Shown here: positions 63,937 to 64,000 of the stretch, one piece after another
Layout: the number at the start of each line of letters is the position of its first letter
Numbering within the stretch: position 1 is the stretch's first letter
Assembly: GCA_031414535.1 (NCBI GenBank)
Contig: JANNVQ010000055.1
Location: 15,592-79,591, forward strand
Direction of reading: 5' to 3'
Source of the DNA: Gemmatimonas sp.
GTDB taxonomy: Bacteria; Gemmatimonadota; Gemmatimonadetes; Gemmatimonadales; Gemmatimonadaceae
Length of the DNA stretch: 64,000 bases
Program-made: the position numbers and the translations under genes
The notes under the pieces: generated by a model
Told to the model about the DNA's origin: nothing
The model's input: only the letters and a program-made list of their open reading frames with translations
Database searches by the model: none

Positions 63937-64000
63937 GCTAAACGTAGCGGAGCGCAGGGATTGGATCCAAGCATGCAGCGCGCCTCGCCGGATACCCGCC

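Noticed and set aside
63945..64000. tRNA gene or tRNA-derived att site at the window end (minus strand ..GGATCCAATCCCTGCGCTCCGCTA)
   Set aside because: It resembles a tRNA-Ser 3' end, but the T-loop is not TTCRA, the T-stem does not pair and the rest lies outside the window. Not supportable without tRNAscan on the flanking sequence.
1..64000. Prophage, IS, integrase, toxin-antitoxin or defence genes
   Set aside because: No ORF shows recognisable motifs of these classes, and no extended compositional island is evident by eye.

Overview
High-GC, gene-dense bacterial chromosomal window. The gene content (SusC/SusD pair, plug-only TonB-type protein, ADOP-type permease, caa3 oxidase, pilin-head-like secreted protein) suggests Gemmatimonadota; this is an inference, not a database result. 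I call about 45 CDS. They include two tandem RND permeases, a Thr/Ser dehydratase-Ser/Thr kinase cluster, ArsR-SRPBCC, leuS, an orphan MCP, a 3xGAF-PAS hybrid kinase, an Ntn asparaginase / M20 peptidase / cNMP-domain-aspartase locus, the ctaCDEF-ctaG oxidase operon, dacB, ABC transporters, three M14-type carboxypeptidases, a rhomboid, a DEAD-box helicase, UPF0182, a VPS10/BNR protein, SusC/SusD and kup. I found no rRNA, intact tRNA, CRISPR array, transposase or phage gene. The most striking signal is non-coding: at least three families of long intergenic hairpins built from short 7-8 nt tandem units. (1) Four ~120-bp nested stem-loops bounded by CACCACGAAGGCACGAAGGG, plus a short variant. (2) Two (GACGGAT)3 hairpins. 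(3) One 78-bp-armed GAAGAGC/GAGGAGC hairpin. They look like REPIN/MITE-like elements whose mobilising enzyme is not in the window. Also notable: a recurrent 28-bp TAA-N19-TTA box (3 copies), a self-contained transcription unit for a 60-aa Met-rich lipoprotein, a DinB remnant missed by the ORF track, and several proteins that lack their catalytic or anchoring parts.
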